Source: Dehalococcoidia bacterium (GTDB lineage: Bacteria; Chloroflexota; Dehalococcoidia; Lucifugimonadales; UBA1127). From it: 64,000 nt of DNA. Location: contig OZ252225.1 of NCBI GenBank assembly GCA_965249315.1, positions 1,255,973 to 1,319,972 on the forward strand, written 5' to 3'. Below are positions 18,333 to 28,562 of the stretch, in pieces (position 1 is the stretch's first letter; the number at the start of each line of letters is the position of its first letter). Both the position numbers and the translations under genes were made by a program. A model generated the notes under the pieces. It was not told the origin of the DNA and searched no databases. It saw nothing but the letters and a program-made list of their open reading frames with translations.

Positions 18333-19127
18333 ATGCTCACCAAGCGCATCGTTCCCTGCCTGGACGTCCGAGGAGGGCGAGTGGTCAAGGGCGTGCGGTT
18401 CCTGGATCACCGCGACGCCGGCGACCCCGTGGATATGGCCATTCGCTACGACCGCGAGGGCGCGGACGAGCTGGTCTTCTACGACATCACCGCCTCCGCC
18501 GAGGAGCGGGGCATCATGCGGGAGGTGGTGGCCCGAGTGGCGGAGCAGGTCTTCATCCCCCTTTCCGTCGGGGGCGGTCTCCGGTCGGTGGAGGACATGC
18601 AGGCGATGCTCAAGACCGGGGCCGACAAGGTCTCCATCAACACGGCCGCAGTCGAGAACCCCGAGCTCATCCGGGAGGGGGCTGACCGCTTCGGCAGCCA
18701 GTGTATCGTCCTGGGGCTGGACGCCATGCGAGCGTCCGACAGCCCACCACGGTGGGAGGTCCGAGTGCGGACGGGCCGCGGCGGCGGGAAGCCCACGGGC
18801 CTGGACGCGATCGAGTGGGCTGCACGGGCCATCGAGTTGGGTGCGGGAGAGATCGTGGTGAACAGCATGGACGCGGACGGCACCCGGCAAGGGTACGACC
18901 TGGACCTGCTGCGAGCCCTGGCCGACGTGGCAACGGTCCCCGTCGTCGCCAGCGGAGGCGCGGGGAGCCCGGAGCACATGTATCAGGCTCTTGCCGATGG
19001 CAGGGCCGACGCCGCCCTCGCCGCCAGCATCTTCCACTACGGGAGCCATCCCATCCCGGAAGTGAAGGCCTACCTGGCAGCCCGGGGCATTCCCGTGCGG
19101 CCCTACGACGACGGGGTCGGCGGCTGA
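18333..19127 (+). CDS. hisF: imidazole glycerol phosphate synthase, cyclase subunit
   Basis: [41 protein letters not shown]. Confidence 0.97.
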   Translation: MLTKRIVPCLDVRGGRVVKGVRFLDHRDAGDPVDMAIRYDREGADELVFYDITASAEERGIMREVVARVAEQVFIPLSVGGGLRSVEDMQAMLKTGADKVSINTAAVENPELIREGADRFGSQCIVLGLDAMRASDSPPRWEVRVRTGRGGGKPTGLDAIEWAARAIELGAGEIVVNSMDADGTRQGYDLDLLRALADVATVPVVASGGAGSPEHMYQALADGRADAALAASIFHYGSHPIPEVKAYLAARGIPVRPYDDGVGG

Positions 19128-19128
19128 G

Positions 19129-19863
19129 GTGCAGGCTGTGCCGCTGAAGGCCGTCGTCTTCGACGCGTACGAGACGCTCGCGCTGAACAAGCCGTCCTTC
19201 TGGCATGACTCCTTCCGGCAGCTGTGCCGGGAGCAGGACCTCTCGGTCGACCCGCTGGCCCTCTGGGGCCGGTGGCTGCCCTTGGAGCGGACCTTCCGTC
19301 GCGTTCGCCTGGACCGGGACACCATGCAGCAGCGAGAACCATTCCAGAGCTACACGGAGGCGTGGACGGACTGCTTTCGCCACGTCTTCGAGGAGATGGG
19401 CCTCGCGGGAGACCCCGAGGCGGCTACCAAGGTCTGCATCCAGGGCCTTGGCCGCAGGCCTCTCTTCTCGGATACGGTCCCGACGCTGGAGGGCCTGGCG
19501 GGCCAGGTGAAGCTCGCAGTGCTGTCGAACGCCGACTGCTCCTACCTCTACCCACTTCTGGACCACCACGGAGTGGGCGACCGCTTCGACGCAGTGCGGT
19601 GCTCGGAGGAGACGCGGTCCTACAAGCCGCATCCGGGCATCTTCGAGCAGACGCTGCAGGCGCTCGGGGTGGCCCCGGAGGAGGCGGTCCAGGTAGGGGA
19701 CACCTTGCAGGAGGACGTGCTGGGTGCGAAGCTGGTGGGGATGCGGACCGTCTGGGTCAGCCGCTCCGGCGGGGCGCCCGACCCGGCAGGGCCGGCACCC
19801 GACTACCAGGTGCGGGACCTCCGAGAGCTGATACGGATCGTCAGCGGACTTATCGACGGATAG
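19129..19863 (+). CDS. HAD-superfamily hydrolase
   Basis: AVVFDAYETL, VLSNAD, YKPHPGIF, VGDTLQEDVLGA. Confidence 0.88.
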   Translation: MQAVPLKAVVFDAYETLALNKPSFWHDSFRQLCREQDLSVDPLALWGRWLPLERTFRRVRLDRDTMQQREPFQSYTEAWTDCFRHVFEEMGLAGDPEAATKVCIQGLGRRPLFSDTVPTLEGLAGQVKLAVLSNADCSYLYPLLDHHGVGDRFDAVRCSEETRSYKPHPGIFEQTLQALGVAPEEAVQVGDTLQEDVLGAKLVGMRTVWVSRSGGAPDPAGPAPDYQVRDLRELIRIVSGLIDG

Positions 19864-19919
19864 GAGGCGCGCTCCATCGAGCGTCCTCACTCACGCCAGT
19901 GTTTCGGTGGGAGGTGAAC

Positions 19920-20552
19920 ATGGCCTTGGAGTTGCAGCTGGACAAGGACGGCCTGGTGCCCGCCATCGCCCAGGACGCGGAGACAGGCCAGGTGCTCATG
20001 CTGGGGTACGTCTCGCCGGGCTCCCTGCGCCGTACCATCGAGGGGGGGAGCGCCGAGTTCTACAGCCGCAGCCGGGAGGACCTCTGGCACAAGGGCGAGG
20101 TGTCCGGCAACTTCCTCCACGTCCAGTCCATCACCACCGACTGCGACGGTGACACGCTGCTGCTGGCCGTCAAACCCGACGGCCCGGCCTGCCACACGGG
20201 CAACACGTCCTGCTTCTTCACCACCATGGAGGAGCTTCCGGACAGCTTCCGCCGCCAGGACCGGGGGTCGGGAATCCTGGAAGACCTCTTCGCCGTGGTG
20301 CGAGAGCGGCAGAAGGAGATGCCGGAGGGCAGCTACACGGCCACCCTGCTGGAGGCGGGCACCGCGCGTGTGGCGCAGAAGGTGGTGGAGGAGGCGGGCG
20401 AGACCGCCATCGCCGCCGCCCAGGGCCAGAACGAGCAGCTAGCCGGCGAGGTGGCCGACCTCTTCTACCACACGCTGGTCCTCCTGGCCGCATCAGGCCT
20501 GACGCCAGAGAGGGTCTGGGCGGAGCTGCGAAGGCGCCGACAGGGCGAATAG
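19920..20552 (+). CDS. hisIE: bifunctional phosphoribosyl-AMP cyclohydrolase / phosphoribosyl-ATP pyrophosphatase
   Basis: GLVPAIAQD, YSRSREDLWHKGEVSGN, DCDGD, PACHTGNTSCF, QKVVEEAGE, EVADLFYH. Confidence 0.96.
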   Translation: MALELQLDKDGLVPAIAQDAETGQVLMLGYVSPGSLRRTIEGGSAEFYSRSREDLWHKGEVSGNFLHVQSITTDCDGDTLLLAVKPDGPACHTGNTSCFFTTMEELPDSFRRQDRGSGILEDLFAVVRERQKEMPEGSYTATLLEAGTARVAQKVVEEAGETAIAAAQGQNEQLAGEVADLFYHTLVLLAASGLTPERVWAELRRRRQGE

Positions 20553-20565
20553 GGTCGCTCCTCCG

Positions 20566-21471
20566 ATGCACACACGTGTTGAGGTAGCCGCCCCAGCCAC
20601 GACGGCCAACCTGGGCCCTGGCTTCGACTGCCTGGCCATGGCGCTTGACCTGTGGAACACGGTCACGCTGGAGGTGGGCCAGCGCGGCGTGGAGGTCCGA
20701 GGCGAGGGCGAAGGGGTCCTCAGCCTCGGCGCGGACAACCTGGTCCATCGAGCGGCGGAGGCCCTCTTCCACGAGGCGGGGGTCTCGCCGCCGGACTTCG
20801 CTCTGACCTGCCACAACGCAATCCCCCTGGAGCGAGGGCTGGGCAGCAGCGCGGCCGCGGTGGTTGGGGGCCTGCTGGCCGCGAATGCGCTGTGCGAGGA
20901 TCCCCTGTCGCCCCAGGAGCTGCTGCGCTTGGCTGTCCGGTTGGAAGGACACCCGGACAACGCCGCGGCGGCCCTCTTCGGGGGGTGTCAGATCGTAGCG
21001 CAGGACGGCGATGATCTGCTGTGCGCTTCGGCTGCGCTGCCGTCGGGCCTACGAGCGGTCCTGTTCATCCCGGACGAGGCCATGAACACGGCTCAGGCCC
21101 GTGCCGTCCTTCCGCCCATCGTCTCCCGGCAGGACGCGGCCTTCAACGCGGCTCGCACGGCCCTGCTGGTGAACGCGCTGGCCACGGGCCGCCTGGAGCA
21201 CCTTCGTACTGCGACGCAGGACCGGCTGCACCAGCCGCAGCGGGAGGTCCTGTTCCCTGCCATGCGGCTGATCTTCTCGGCGGCGCTGAACGCAGGGGCC
21301 CACGGCGTCTTCCTCTCAGGCGCCGGGTCCACGGTGCTGGCGTTGGCCAGCGCACGCGAGATGACCATCGGCTACGAGATGGCGGACGTGGCCGAGAAGG
21401 CGGGAGTGCGGGGCGACATTCGAGTGGTGGACCTAGGCCCCCGAGGTGCGCACGTGGTGCGGGTGGAGTGA
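20566..21471 (+). CDS. thrB: homoserine kinase
   Basis: PATTANLGPGFD, IPLERGLGSSAAA, EGHPDN, SGAGST. Confidence 0.96.
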   Translation: MHTRVEVAAPATTANLGPGFDCLAMALDLWNTVTLEVGQRGVEVRGEGEGVLSLGADNLVHRAAEALFHEAGVSPPDFALTCHNAIPLERGLGSSAAAVVGGLLAANALCEDPLSPQELLRLAVRLEGHPDNAAAALFGGCQIVAQDGDDLLCASAALPSGLRAVLFIPDEAMNTAQARAVLPPIVSRQDAAFNAARTALLVNALATGRLEHLRTATQDRLHQPQREVLFPAMRLIFSAALNAGAHGVFLSGAGSTVLALASAREMTIGYEMADVAEKAGVRGDIRVVDLGPRGAHVVRVE

Positions 21472-21484
21472 GGGGCCTCGCCGT

Positions 21485-22966
21485 CTAGCGCCGCAGAACG
21501 GGAAGCAGGGGCGGGAACATCTCTTCGGACGAGCGATTGGCATGGTCCCGGTCCACGATGCCCTGCTTGTAGCGCAGCCAAGCGTCCTGCGTGCGGGCCC
21601 CCAGCTCCTCCTCGTCCACACCCACCACGCGACCGCCTTCCACCACGACGTTGCCGTCCACCAGCACGGTGTCACAGTTGTGGCGGTTGCAGAAGTGGAT
21701 CAGGGATCGCAGGGGGTCGTCGATGGGGCCCGCGGTCAGGGGCGGAAGGTTGAAGATGCTGATGTCAGCCACGCATCCGGGAGCCAAGCGTCCCAGGTCG
21801 TCCCGGCCCAGGGCCCTGGCGCCGCCGACAGTCGCGGCGTTGTAGAAGTCCCGCATCAGGCCCGCCAGCCGGTCGCGCTCCACCACCTTGTTGACCATTG
21901 AGCCGACGCGCATCTCCTCCAGCAGGTCCGGCGGGAAGGTGTCGCAGCCCAGGCCCATGTTCACGCCTGCGGCCACGTAGCGGCTGAAGGACTCCAGGGT
22001 CACTCCGCCCCGAGCGTACACAACGGGGCAGTGGCAGACACTGGTCCCGCTGCCGGCGAGAAGCTCCAAGTCCCGTCCCGGCGGGTCTCCCGTTCGGCTG
22101 TGGCCAGCGACGTAGAGGGCGTGGACGAGGGTCACCTGGGGCCCCAGGAAGCCGATGCCGTCCAGCCACTCCGCCATGGACACGCCGGTCCGCGCTCGCG
22201 AGTCCTCAAACTCGTCCACGTGCTGGGAGAAGTGGGAGCGGACGTGAACGTCACCCAGGAGCTTGGACTGGCGCATGGTCTCCTTGAGGAGGTCATCGGA
22301 GCACTTCTCGGACCGATAGGGGAAGAGGAAGCCGCTGAGACGCCCGTTGGCCCGTCCGCGCAGGTGCTTGATGAAGTCGATGGCCCGGTCCATTCCCGCC
22401 TGGGCCTTGGCCGGGTCCCACCGGGTGTGGCGCGTGCCGTCGGAGTCCGTGTAGTCGCAGCCCTCCATGTAGATGTGGGACAGCCAGGCCCGGGCGCCCA
22501 TGCGCTCGGCGGCTTCGGCCAGAGCGTAAGGCTCCTGGGACGGGTCCTCCCAGAGCTTGGTTGAGCCGGTGGTGACGGCGCCGAAGGAGGTGTTGCCCGC
22601 CTTCAGCAGGGCGGCCACGCAGAACTCGGCGCTGGTGCGGAAGTCGGCGTCGGAGAAGACGTGGGCCCGGTCGGGGTCAAGGTCCAGCAGCGACGGAGGA
22701 CGGTTGTAGCCCGCGCCCCGCGCCTGGTCGATGCTTAGCACCTGGAGGTCCAGGTTGGCGATGCAGTGCAGGTTGACGAGGCCGGGGGAGACGATCTTGC
22801 CTTTCGCGTCGAGGGTCCGGTCCGCCGTGGGGCAGTCGGGGTCGTCGGGGAAGCCGACGAAGGCGATGCGGTCGTCCTCGATGACCACAACGCCACCCTC
22901 CATAGCCTGGTGGCCGCTAGGCCCCCAACCGATGACCCAGCCACCTTGAATCGCAGTGCGAACCAT
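21485..22966 (-). CDS. amidohydrolase family protein (AtzA/TrzA-like chlorohydrolase/deaminase group)
   Basis: SPGLVNLHC, RSHFSQ, TLVHA, CHCP, GLGCDTFPPD, ATVGGARALGRDDLGRLAPG. Confidence 0.85.
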   Translation of the reverse strand: MVRTAIQGGWVIGWGPSGHQAMEGGVVVIEDDRIAFVGFPDDPDCPTADRTLDAKGKIVSPGLVNLHCIANLDLQVLSIDQARGAGYNRPPSLLDLDPDRAHVFSDADFRTSAEFCVAALLKAGNTSFGAVTTGSTKLWEDPSQEPYALAEAAERMGARAWLSHIYMEGCDYTDSDGTRHTRWDPAKAQAGMDRAIDFIKHLRGRANGRLSGFLFPYRSEKCSDDLLKETMRQSKLLGDVHVRSHFSQHVDEFEDSRARTGVSMAEWLDGIGFLGPQVTLVHALYVAGHSRTGDPPGRDLELLAGSGTSVCHCPVVYARGGVTLESFSRYVAAGVNMGLGCDTFPPDLLEEMRVGSMVNKVVERDRLAGLMRDFYNAATVGGARALGRDDLGRLAPGCVADISIFNLPPLTAGPIDDPLRSLIHFCNRHNCDTVLVDGNVVVEGGRVVGVDEEELGARTQDAWLRYKQGIVDRDHANRSSEEMFPPLLPVLRR

Positions 22967-22981
22967 TATCTCCTCCGACGT

Positions 22982-23923
22982 TCAGACCCTGCGGTACTTG
23001 GAGAGGCTGCGGAGCTCCCGGGGCGGGTCCATCTCAGAGCCCCGGATGGTGTAGGAGACCTCCGAGACGTAGAGGTCGCCGCGGGAGTCGACGGCAATGC
23101 CGTGAGGGGCGATGAACTGGCCCGGCCCTTCGCCCTCCTCGGGGGCGCCGAAGCGGCAGACCAGCTTCCCTTCCAGGTCGTAGATGCTCACCCGGTGGCC
23201 CAGGCCTGGAGCGTCGTCCACGCCCTTCATGCCGTTGAGCTCGCCGATGTAGATGTGGTCCTCCCACAGGACCATGGAATCCGGCCGGTGGATGTTGCTC
23301 CACATGGTGATGAACCGGCCCGTGGAGTCAAAGACCTGGATCCGGTGACACTCGCGGTCGGCCACGTACACCCGCTCATCCCGGCCTATGACGACGTTGT
23401 GGGGCCGGATGAACTGGCCGGCGTCGATGCCGGAGCTGCCCCAGGAGCGCTCGTGCTCCCCCTGCGGTGAGAAGACGTGAACGGCGGCGTTGCCGTAGCC
23501 GTCGGTGATGTAGAGCTGGCCAGTCCGAGGCATGATGGCTGCGGAGGTGGGACGGTTGAAGGGCTGGCCTCCCCACTTGGGCGCCGGACGGCCCCGTTCT
23601 CCGATCTCCTGGAGCCGCTCGCCCTGCGGGGTGAACCTCTGTACGGTGTGTATGCCATCGTCCACCGCCAGCACCGAGTCGTCGGGGGCGATGGCCAAGC
23701 CGTGGGTCCGGTCGGTGAAGAGCCCTTCGCCGAAGGAGCGCAGGAAACGCCCTTCGCGGTCGAAGACGATGATGGGGTGTTCGCCCCGGGTGAGGACGTA
23801 GACGTTGTCCTGGGAGTCGACGGCCACGCCGGGACACTCCAGGAAGCGCCAGCCGTCGGGCAGCTTCGCCCAGTCCTCCACGTACTCGAACCGGAAATCG
23901 CCGGTACCGTAGGTTTCAGCCAT
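22982..23923 (-). CDS. NHL-repeat beta-propeller protein (PAM lyase-like)
   Basis: Repeated motifs GVAVDSQDNVYV, YITDGYGN, GQFIRPHN, GQFIAPHGIAVDSRGDLYV. Confidence 0.88.
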   Translation of the reverse strand: MAETYGTGDFRFEYVEDWAKLPDGWRFLECPGVAVDSQDNVYVLTRGEHPIIVFDREGRFLRSFGEGLFTDRTHGLAIAPDDSVLAVDDGIHTVQRFTPQGERLQEIGERGRPAPKWGGQPFNRPTSAAIMPRTGQLYITDGYGNAAVHVFSPQGEHERSWGSSGIDAGQFIRPHNVVIGRDERVYVADRECHRIQVFDSTGRFITMWSNIHRPDSMVLWEDHIYIGELNGMKGVDDAPGLGHRVSIYDLEGKLVCRFGAPEEGEGPGQFIAPHGIAVDSRGDLYVSEVSYTIRGSEMDPPRELRSLSKYRRV

Positions 23924-23952
23924 CTACGCCCTCTCTTTCCGCACCCTGGTCG

Positions 23953-24948
23953 CTACTCCTCTACCAGCCCGGAGAGCACTTCGGCGAGGCCCTCAATGTC
24001 ATCCACGCCAACCTGGCCGGCCACGGTGAGCACTTCGCCTTCAACGCTCACATCAAGACTGTCCAAGAGCTCGCTCAGCTCCGGGGCGCCGGAGAAGAGC
24101 GTGACGAGACCAAGCAGGGCCTCGACGGCCTGCTTGGCGCTGCTCGCCTGTTCTGCGTCGGGGTAGGCCATGGTCAGCGAGAAGGCGAAGTCCTGCTGCA
24201 CGGCCTCGACGCTGACGCCGACGGAGCGGACGTTGGTAAGGAGGCTCAGGTCTACCGGTAGGTCGTCAAGGGCAAAGTCGCCGTCCCTGCCCTCCTGGGC
24301 CTTGTCGAAGAGCCCCTCCGGCGTGAGGACAAAGAACTTCGCCGGGGGGTCTCCCAAGGCCACGAAGGAGTCCCGAAGCTCCCCATCCAGGGCAGCCGCC
24401 TCCCCCGCTCGGACGTCGATGACCGCCTTCGCCGACTCCAACTTACCCATGAGCAGCAAGTCGTCAGCGAGAAAAACCAAGGTTGCGCCTTCCTCGGCCG
24501 TATGGAGGTCATAGCCCCTGTGGATGGTGACCGAAAGATCGCCGAGTTTCTCCTCGGCAGCGTCCTTTATCTTCGCCTCGCTGTACGGGCCTGAGATGAG
24601 GGCTGCGCCCTCTTCCTGGGCCGTCCCGAAGACGAGGACCTCCCGCACAGCCGCAGGATCAATGCCGCTGCCCTCCTGCGCCTGCGCCAAGGCATCCTCC
24701 AGCGTCTTATCGCCGAAGTGGCCGACGAGATGGTCGAGGCTCTCTCGTGCATCCGAATCCCCGAGGGCCTGCTGGGGCTGTACCGAGCCCAGCATCACGG
24801 CATCGGCTGGCACGGAGTCCAGCAGGAGGGAGTCCTGCCCTCCCGCGGTGCAGGCCGCCAGCGCAAGGGCAGTCGCGAGGGCGCTTGCGAGCAGGAGGCG
24901 CTGGAGAAGGCGCCGGGCGCCCCTGTCGTTGTTCACTCTGGCCTTCAT
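23953..24948 (-). CDS. hypothetical lipoprotein
   Basis: Signal peptide with lipobox LAAC; acidic mature domain; long ORF with normal codon pattern. Confidence 0.7.
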   Translation of the reverse strand: MKARVNNDRGARRLLQRLLLASALATALALAACTAGGQDSLLLDSVPADAVMLGSVQPQQALGDSDARESLDHLVGHFGDKTLEDALAQAQEGSGIDPAAVREVLVFGTAQEEGAALISGPYSEAKIKDAAEEKLGDLSVTIHRGYDLHTAEEGATLVFLADDLLLMGKLESAKAVIDVRAGEAAALDGELRDSFVALGDPPAKFFVLTPEGLFDKAQEGRDGDFALDDLPVDLSLLTNVRSVGVSVEAVQQDFAFSLTMAYPDAEQASSAKQAVEALLGLVTLFSGAPELSELLDSLDVSVEGEVLTVAGQVGVDDIEGLAEVLSGLVEE

Positions 24949-25059
24949 GTCAATCAAGGTCTGCCATACGTGCATGATACAGGGGTCGGGCCAATCTGGC
25001 GACAGAAGACACCTACATGTTACGGGCAGAAGGCCGTCTCATCCGACGGCCTGGGGCAG

Positions 25060-25101
25060 AAAAAAGTAGGAGGGGGCCCTTCCAGAGAGCCCCCTCCTAC
25101 T
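25060..25101 (-). terminator. rho-independent terminator of the collagen-like gene
   Basis: 13-bp stem AGTAGGAGGGGGC/GCCCCCTCCTACT followed by a T-run on the minus strand, just after the stop at 25115. Confidence 0.85.
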
Positions 25102-25114
25102 GAGAGCCTAACTG

Positions 25115-26227
25115 CTAGTTGACCAGGGCACAGACGGCGTAGGCCCGCACACTCCAGTCGCTGTTCTCGGGGCCTTCGGCTGCCACCTGCCAGCCACCCG
25201 GCACCTCTCCGGCAATCCCGGTCGGGCGGGTCTCGGTGACGGTCACGCCGTCGGCGGAGCCGCGCACTTCCACGCCACCGGATATGGCACGGTGGTCTTC
25301 GCCGGCACTCGAGCAGCTGGCTGTGGCCGACTGGCTACCATCGGCATCGTTGGCCGGGCTGTCCGACGTGACGATGATGAGGTCGCTCACTCCCGGCTCG
25401 CCCTGGATTCCCTGGGCGCCATGGGGTCCCTGGGGACCCTCTGGGCCTGCGGCCCCTCGCGGGCCCTGGGCACCCTGCGGGCCAACCGGTCCTTCAAGTC
25501 CCTGGGGGCCCTGAGGACCCGATATTCCCTGCTCCCCACGATCACCCTTTACACCCTGAGCGCCCGGCGCTCCGGGGGTGCCAGGAGGTCCGGGAAGGCC
25601 CTGCTCACCCTGGGGGCCCTGCTCGCCCTGGGAACCCTGCTCGCCCTGGGGACCCTGGGGGCCCTGCTCGCCGCGGGGGCCCTGAATGCCCGGGGGACCT
25701 GTTAGACCCGTGTCACCCTTGTCACCGGGGTCACCCTTCCGTCCCTGGGGTCCGGCCGGTCCTTCCTTGCCCCGCTCTCCTTGCGGTCCGCCCGATGGTC
25801 CAACTGCGCCCTGGGGACCCTCGGGGCCCTTGGGGCCTTCGGGACCCAGCTCACCCTGGATGCCCTGGACGCCCTGGGGACCCTGCGGGCCTCCAGCGGG
25901 ACCCTGCGGGCCCTCGGGACCCTGCGATCCTGTGTTGCCCTTCAGTCCCTGGGGGCCCTGAACGCCCGCGTTGCCCTGATCGCCCTGGGGGCCCCGATCA
26001 CCCTGGGGCCCTTCTACGCCCTGGACGCCCTGCGGGCCCGAGGGGCCCGGAACGCCCAGAGCGCCCTGGGGACCCTGAACACCCTGCTCTCCCTGGGTCC
26101 CCTGGGGACCCTGCGGTCCTGTATCTCCGACACAGGCGGCGGCAAGGATCGCAACGACGACCATGAAAGCCGCGAGGCCTAGCCTCCGTGGGGCCGAAGC
26201 TCCTGACGGGCGAATAGTGCTCTTCAT
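25115..26227 (-). CDS. collagen-like (Gly-X-Y) lipoprotein with C-terminal globular domain
   Basis: Lipobox LAAAC, about 82 GXY triplets by manual count with two single-Gly interruptions, then a small domain with two Cys; upstream TTGACA-18 nt-TACGTT. Confidence 0.92.
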   Translation of the reverse strand: MKSTIRPSGASAPRRLGLAAFMVVVAILAAACVGDTGPQGPQGTQGEQGVQGPQGALGVPGPSGPQGVQGVEGPQGDRGPQGDQGNAGVQGPQGLKGNTGSQGPEGPQGPAGGPQGPQGVQGIQGELGPEGPKGPEGPQGAVGPSGGPQGERGKEGPAGPQGRKGDPGDKGDTGLTGPPGIQGPRGEQGPQGPQGEQGSQGEQGPQGEQGLPGPPGTPGAPGAQGVKGDRGEQGISGPQGPQGLEGPVGPQGAQGPRGAAGPEGPQGPHGAQGIQGEPGVSDLIIVTSDSPANDADGSQSATASCSSAGEDHRAISGGVEVRGSADGVTVTETRPTGIAGEVPGGWQVAAEGPENSDWSVRAYAVCALVN

Positions 26228-26545
26228 GGCAGAAGAAGCCTCCTGTTGCTTGAAAGTCCTAGCGCAAAACGTAGCATCCTGTTGGGGTGAGTGTCAAGGG
26301 GGCTGTGGGAAGATGTGGACGTGTTTAGCGAGCCTGTTTCCGGTCGATTTTGCGAACGGAAAGGGCAGTCCGGAGCGTCTGTCCGAACGCCTGCCCTCGG
26401 GGCGTCCGCTCGCCGGGTCAGAATTTCGGGCCGGAGGCGCAATCCTCAGGCGCCGGTCAGGCGCCTCTGTAAGTGTACGGGGAGGGAGTCGCGTCGCGCC
26501 TCCGCCGTCGGGTTGTGGCGGTGCAGGAGCCTGCCCAGATCTCCC

Positions 26546-27478
26546 CTACGCGGTGCGTGAGGTCTGGGCGCCCAGGGTCTGAGGGAGCTCGTCCGGGACG
26601 GGGAGGGTTGGCCGGATGACCAAGACCGGTCGCCCGGAGCTGCGCAGGACGTGGTCGGCGACGCTGCCCAGAACCCAGCGGCCCACGCCGGACCGTCCTC
26701 GGGTGCACATGACGGCCAGGCGGTTGGGGGCGTCCTGCATAAGAGCGACCAGCTGAGGCGCCGGAGGGCCGTGGAGGACCTGCGTGCTGACCTGGAGCCC
26801 GCGATGCGTCAGGAAGCTCTGGTGCTGCTCCAGGTAGCTCCGGGCGGAGCTCTCCGCATGCTCGGCCAGCTCCCAGGCGTACTCCGGAGGGTCCAGCAGA
26901 GGCCCGGGGTAGTCCAGGTGCGAAGCAGCCCCCAGCGCACGACCGGATAGCGCGGCCTCCGAGACTGCCCGGACCAGCGTCAAGCCCAGGCCCAGGGCGG
27001 AACCCAAGGTCTCGGCGATGGGGAGGGCGGCCTCGGAGAGGGGGGAGCCGTCCAGAGGTACGACGATGCCCTGCAGAGGAGCGCCGCCGGCCGCGGGCTG
27101 CTCCTGGGGGCTAATCAGCAGCAGCGGCGTCTCCGTGCCGTGGAGGACCCTGTCCGCAACGCTGCCATAGGCGAGGCGGTTGAGACCGTGGCGTCCGCGC
27201 GTGGACATGGCAATGAGATGGAACCCCTCCTCCTCCGCATAGCGCACGATCGCCGCGGCGGGCCTTCCCCGCACGGATGCGGTCTCCACCCGGAGGTCCT
27301 GACCCCGCAAGGCCTCGGCGGTCCGTTCCAGGTACTCCGGCCCCCGGCTGCGGCCGCCCGTCGATGCATGGAAGAGGGTCAGAGGAGACCCCAACGCCCG
27401 AGCGACCTGGGCCGCGTAGGGGATGATCGCCTCCCCCGGGGTTGATCCATCCAGGGGGAGCAGTATGCGCCCAAACAT
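26546..27478 (-). CDS. tandem universal stress protein
   Basis: Two USP domains: ILLPLDGS...MSTRGRHGLNRLAYGSVADRV and IVVPLDGS...TRGRSGVGRWVLGSVADHV. Confidence 0.92.
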   Translation of the reverse strand: MFGRILLPLDGSTPGEAIIPYAAQVARALGSPLTLFHASTGGRSRGPEYLERTAEALRGQDLRVETASVRGRPAAAIVRYAEEEGFHLIAMSTRGRHGLNRLAYGSVADRVLHGTETPLLLISPQEQPAAGGAPLQGIVVPLDGSPLSEAALPIAETLGSALGLGLTLVRAVSEAALSGRALGAASHLDYPGPLLDPPEYAWELAEHAESSARSYLEQHQSFLTHRGLQVSTQVLHGPPAPQLVALMQDAPNRLAVMCTRGRSGVGRWVLGSVADHVLRSSGRPVLVIRPTLPVPDELPQTLGAQTSRTA

Positions 27479-27593
27479 GTCCGTTTCTCCTCCGAGGGTT
27501 GGGGCCCAGATCCTTGGCAACGGGGGGCGCCGGAGGTGGTCAGGTCGATGCGCCCCGCTCTCCGTGCCCCGTTACCGGCAGGATGGCCGCAAT

Positions 27594-28562
27594 TTACGTT
27601 TCGCCAGAGCCCCGCAACTCCCGCTCCGCACTGGCCGCCAGGTGAATGAGGGTGTTGCTGTAGCGGGCCGCAAAGATCTGGGCGGCTGATCGGTAGACGT
27701 GGCTGCCCAGGGCCGGCTCACGCTCGCACAGGGCGGAAAGCTCCGCAACGGGGATTGCGAGGACGTCCATCTCCGTGATGGCCTCGCCGGAGGTGATGAG
27801 GGTGCCGGAGCCCAGAAGCGCCGCGAGGGGGAAGGACTCGCCGGGGCCCGCGACCCGCACGGTAATCTCACCCATGTCCGAGTAGGCCGAAAGCTGGGCC
27901 TCCCCCTGGATGATGACAAACAGCTTCTGGGCCGGCTCGCCGTGCACGCCCAAGGCATCGCCGACGGTAAACTGAATGCGCTCCCCCAGAGCCGTCACCC
28001 GGTCGACCTGGTCCAGCGAGAGGTCCCGGAAGAGGTCCGTCTCTCTGAAGACGCCACTGGTCAGCGGAGGGGTGGAGGGCTCCATTCCAGCGGCAGCCAT
28101 GGCTGCGGCAACCGCTCCCACGGGCACTCTCTCCGCCACTTCTGCGGCGGTGAGGACCTGGACCTCCACGGGGGAGCTCCGTATGACCTCCCGAGCGATG
28201 TTGCCCTTCATCATCCGGGCGAGTCCATGGCGGTCATGGGTGTACATGGCGATGAGGTCGACGCCTTCTCGCACCGCGGCCTTGACGATGCCTTCGGGCA
28301 CGGAGTCGGCTATGGTGGCCTCGCACCGCACCCGCTCGTCGGCGCCAGCCAGGCCACGGAGGTAGGAGAGGGCGTTGCCCCGCTCCGACTCGTCCTGCTG
28401 GCTGCCTATGAGCACGTGGCCCCCGACCACTCGGGTCCTGGCAGGGGGATTGATCTGGAGGAGGACCAACTCTCCATCGGAGGCTAGGTCCTCCAGTACG
28501 ATCTGGAAGAGCCCCTCCGCTTCGCGGGTCCCATCTATAGGCACAAGAACTTTGCGGTACAT
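27594..28562 (-). CDS. USP plus cyclic-nucleotide-binding domain fusion
   Basis: N-terminal MYRKVLVPIDG...IAMYTHDRHG; C-terminal LFRDLS...LFVIIQGEAQL...GPGESF. Promoter TTGACT-17 nt-TACGCT at about 28671-28699. Confidence 0.82.
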   Translation of the reverse strand: MYRKVLVPIDGTREAEGLFQIVLEDLASDGELVLLQINPPARTRVVGGHVLIGSQQDESERGNALSYLRGLAGADERVRCEATIADSVPEGIVKAAVREGVDLIAMYTHDRHGLARMMKGNIAREVIRSSPVEVQVLTAAEVAERVPVGAVAAAMAAAGMEPSTPPLTSGVFRETDLFRDLSLDQVDRVTALGERIQFTVGDALGVHGEPAQKLFVIIQGEAQLSAYSDMGEITVRVAGPGESFPLAALLGSGTLITSGEAITEMDVLAIPVAELSALCEREPALGSHVYRSAAQIFAARYSNTLIHLAASAERELRGSGET

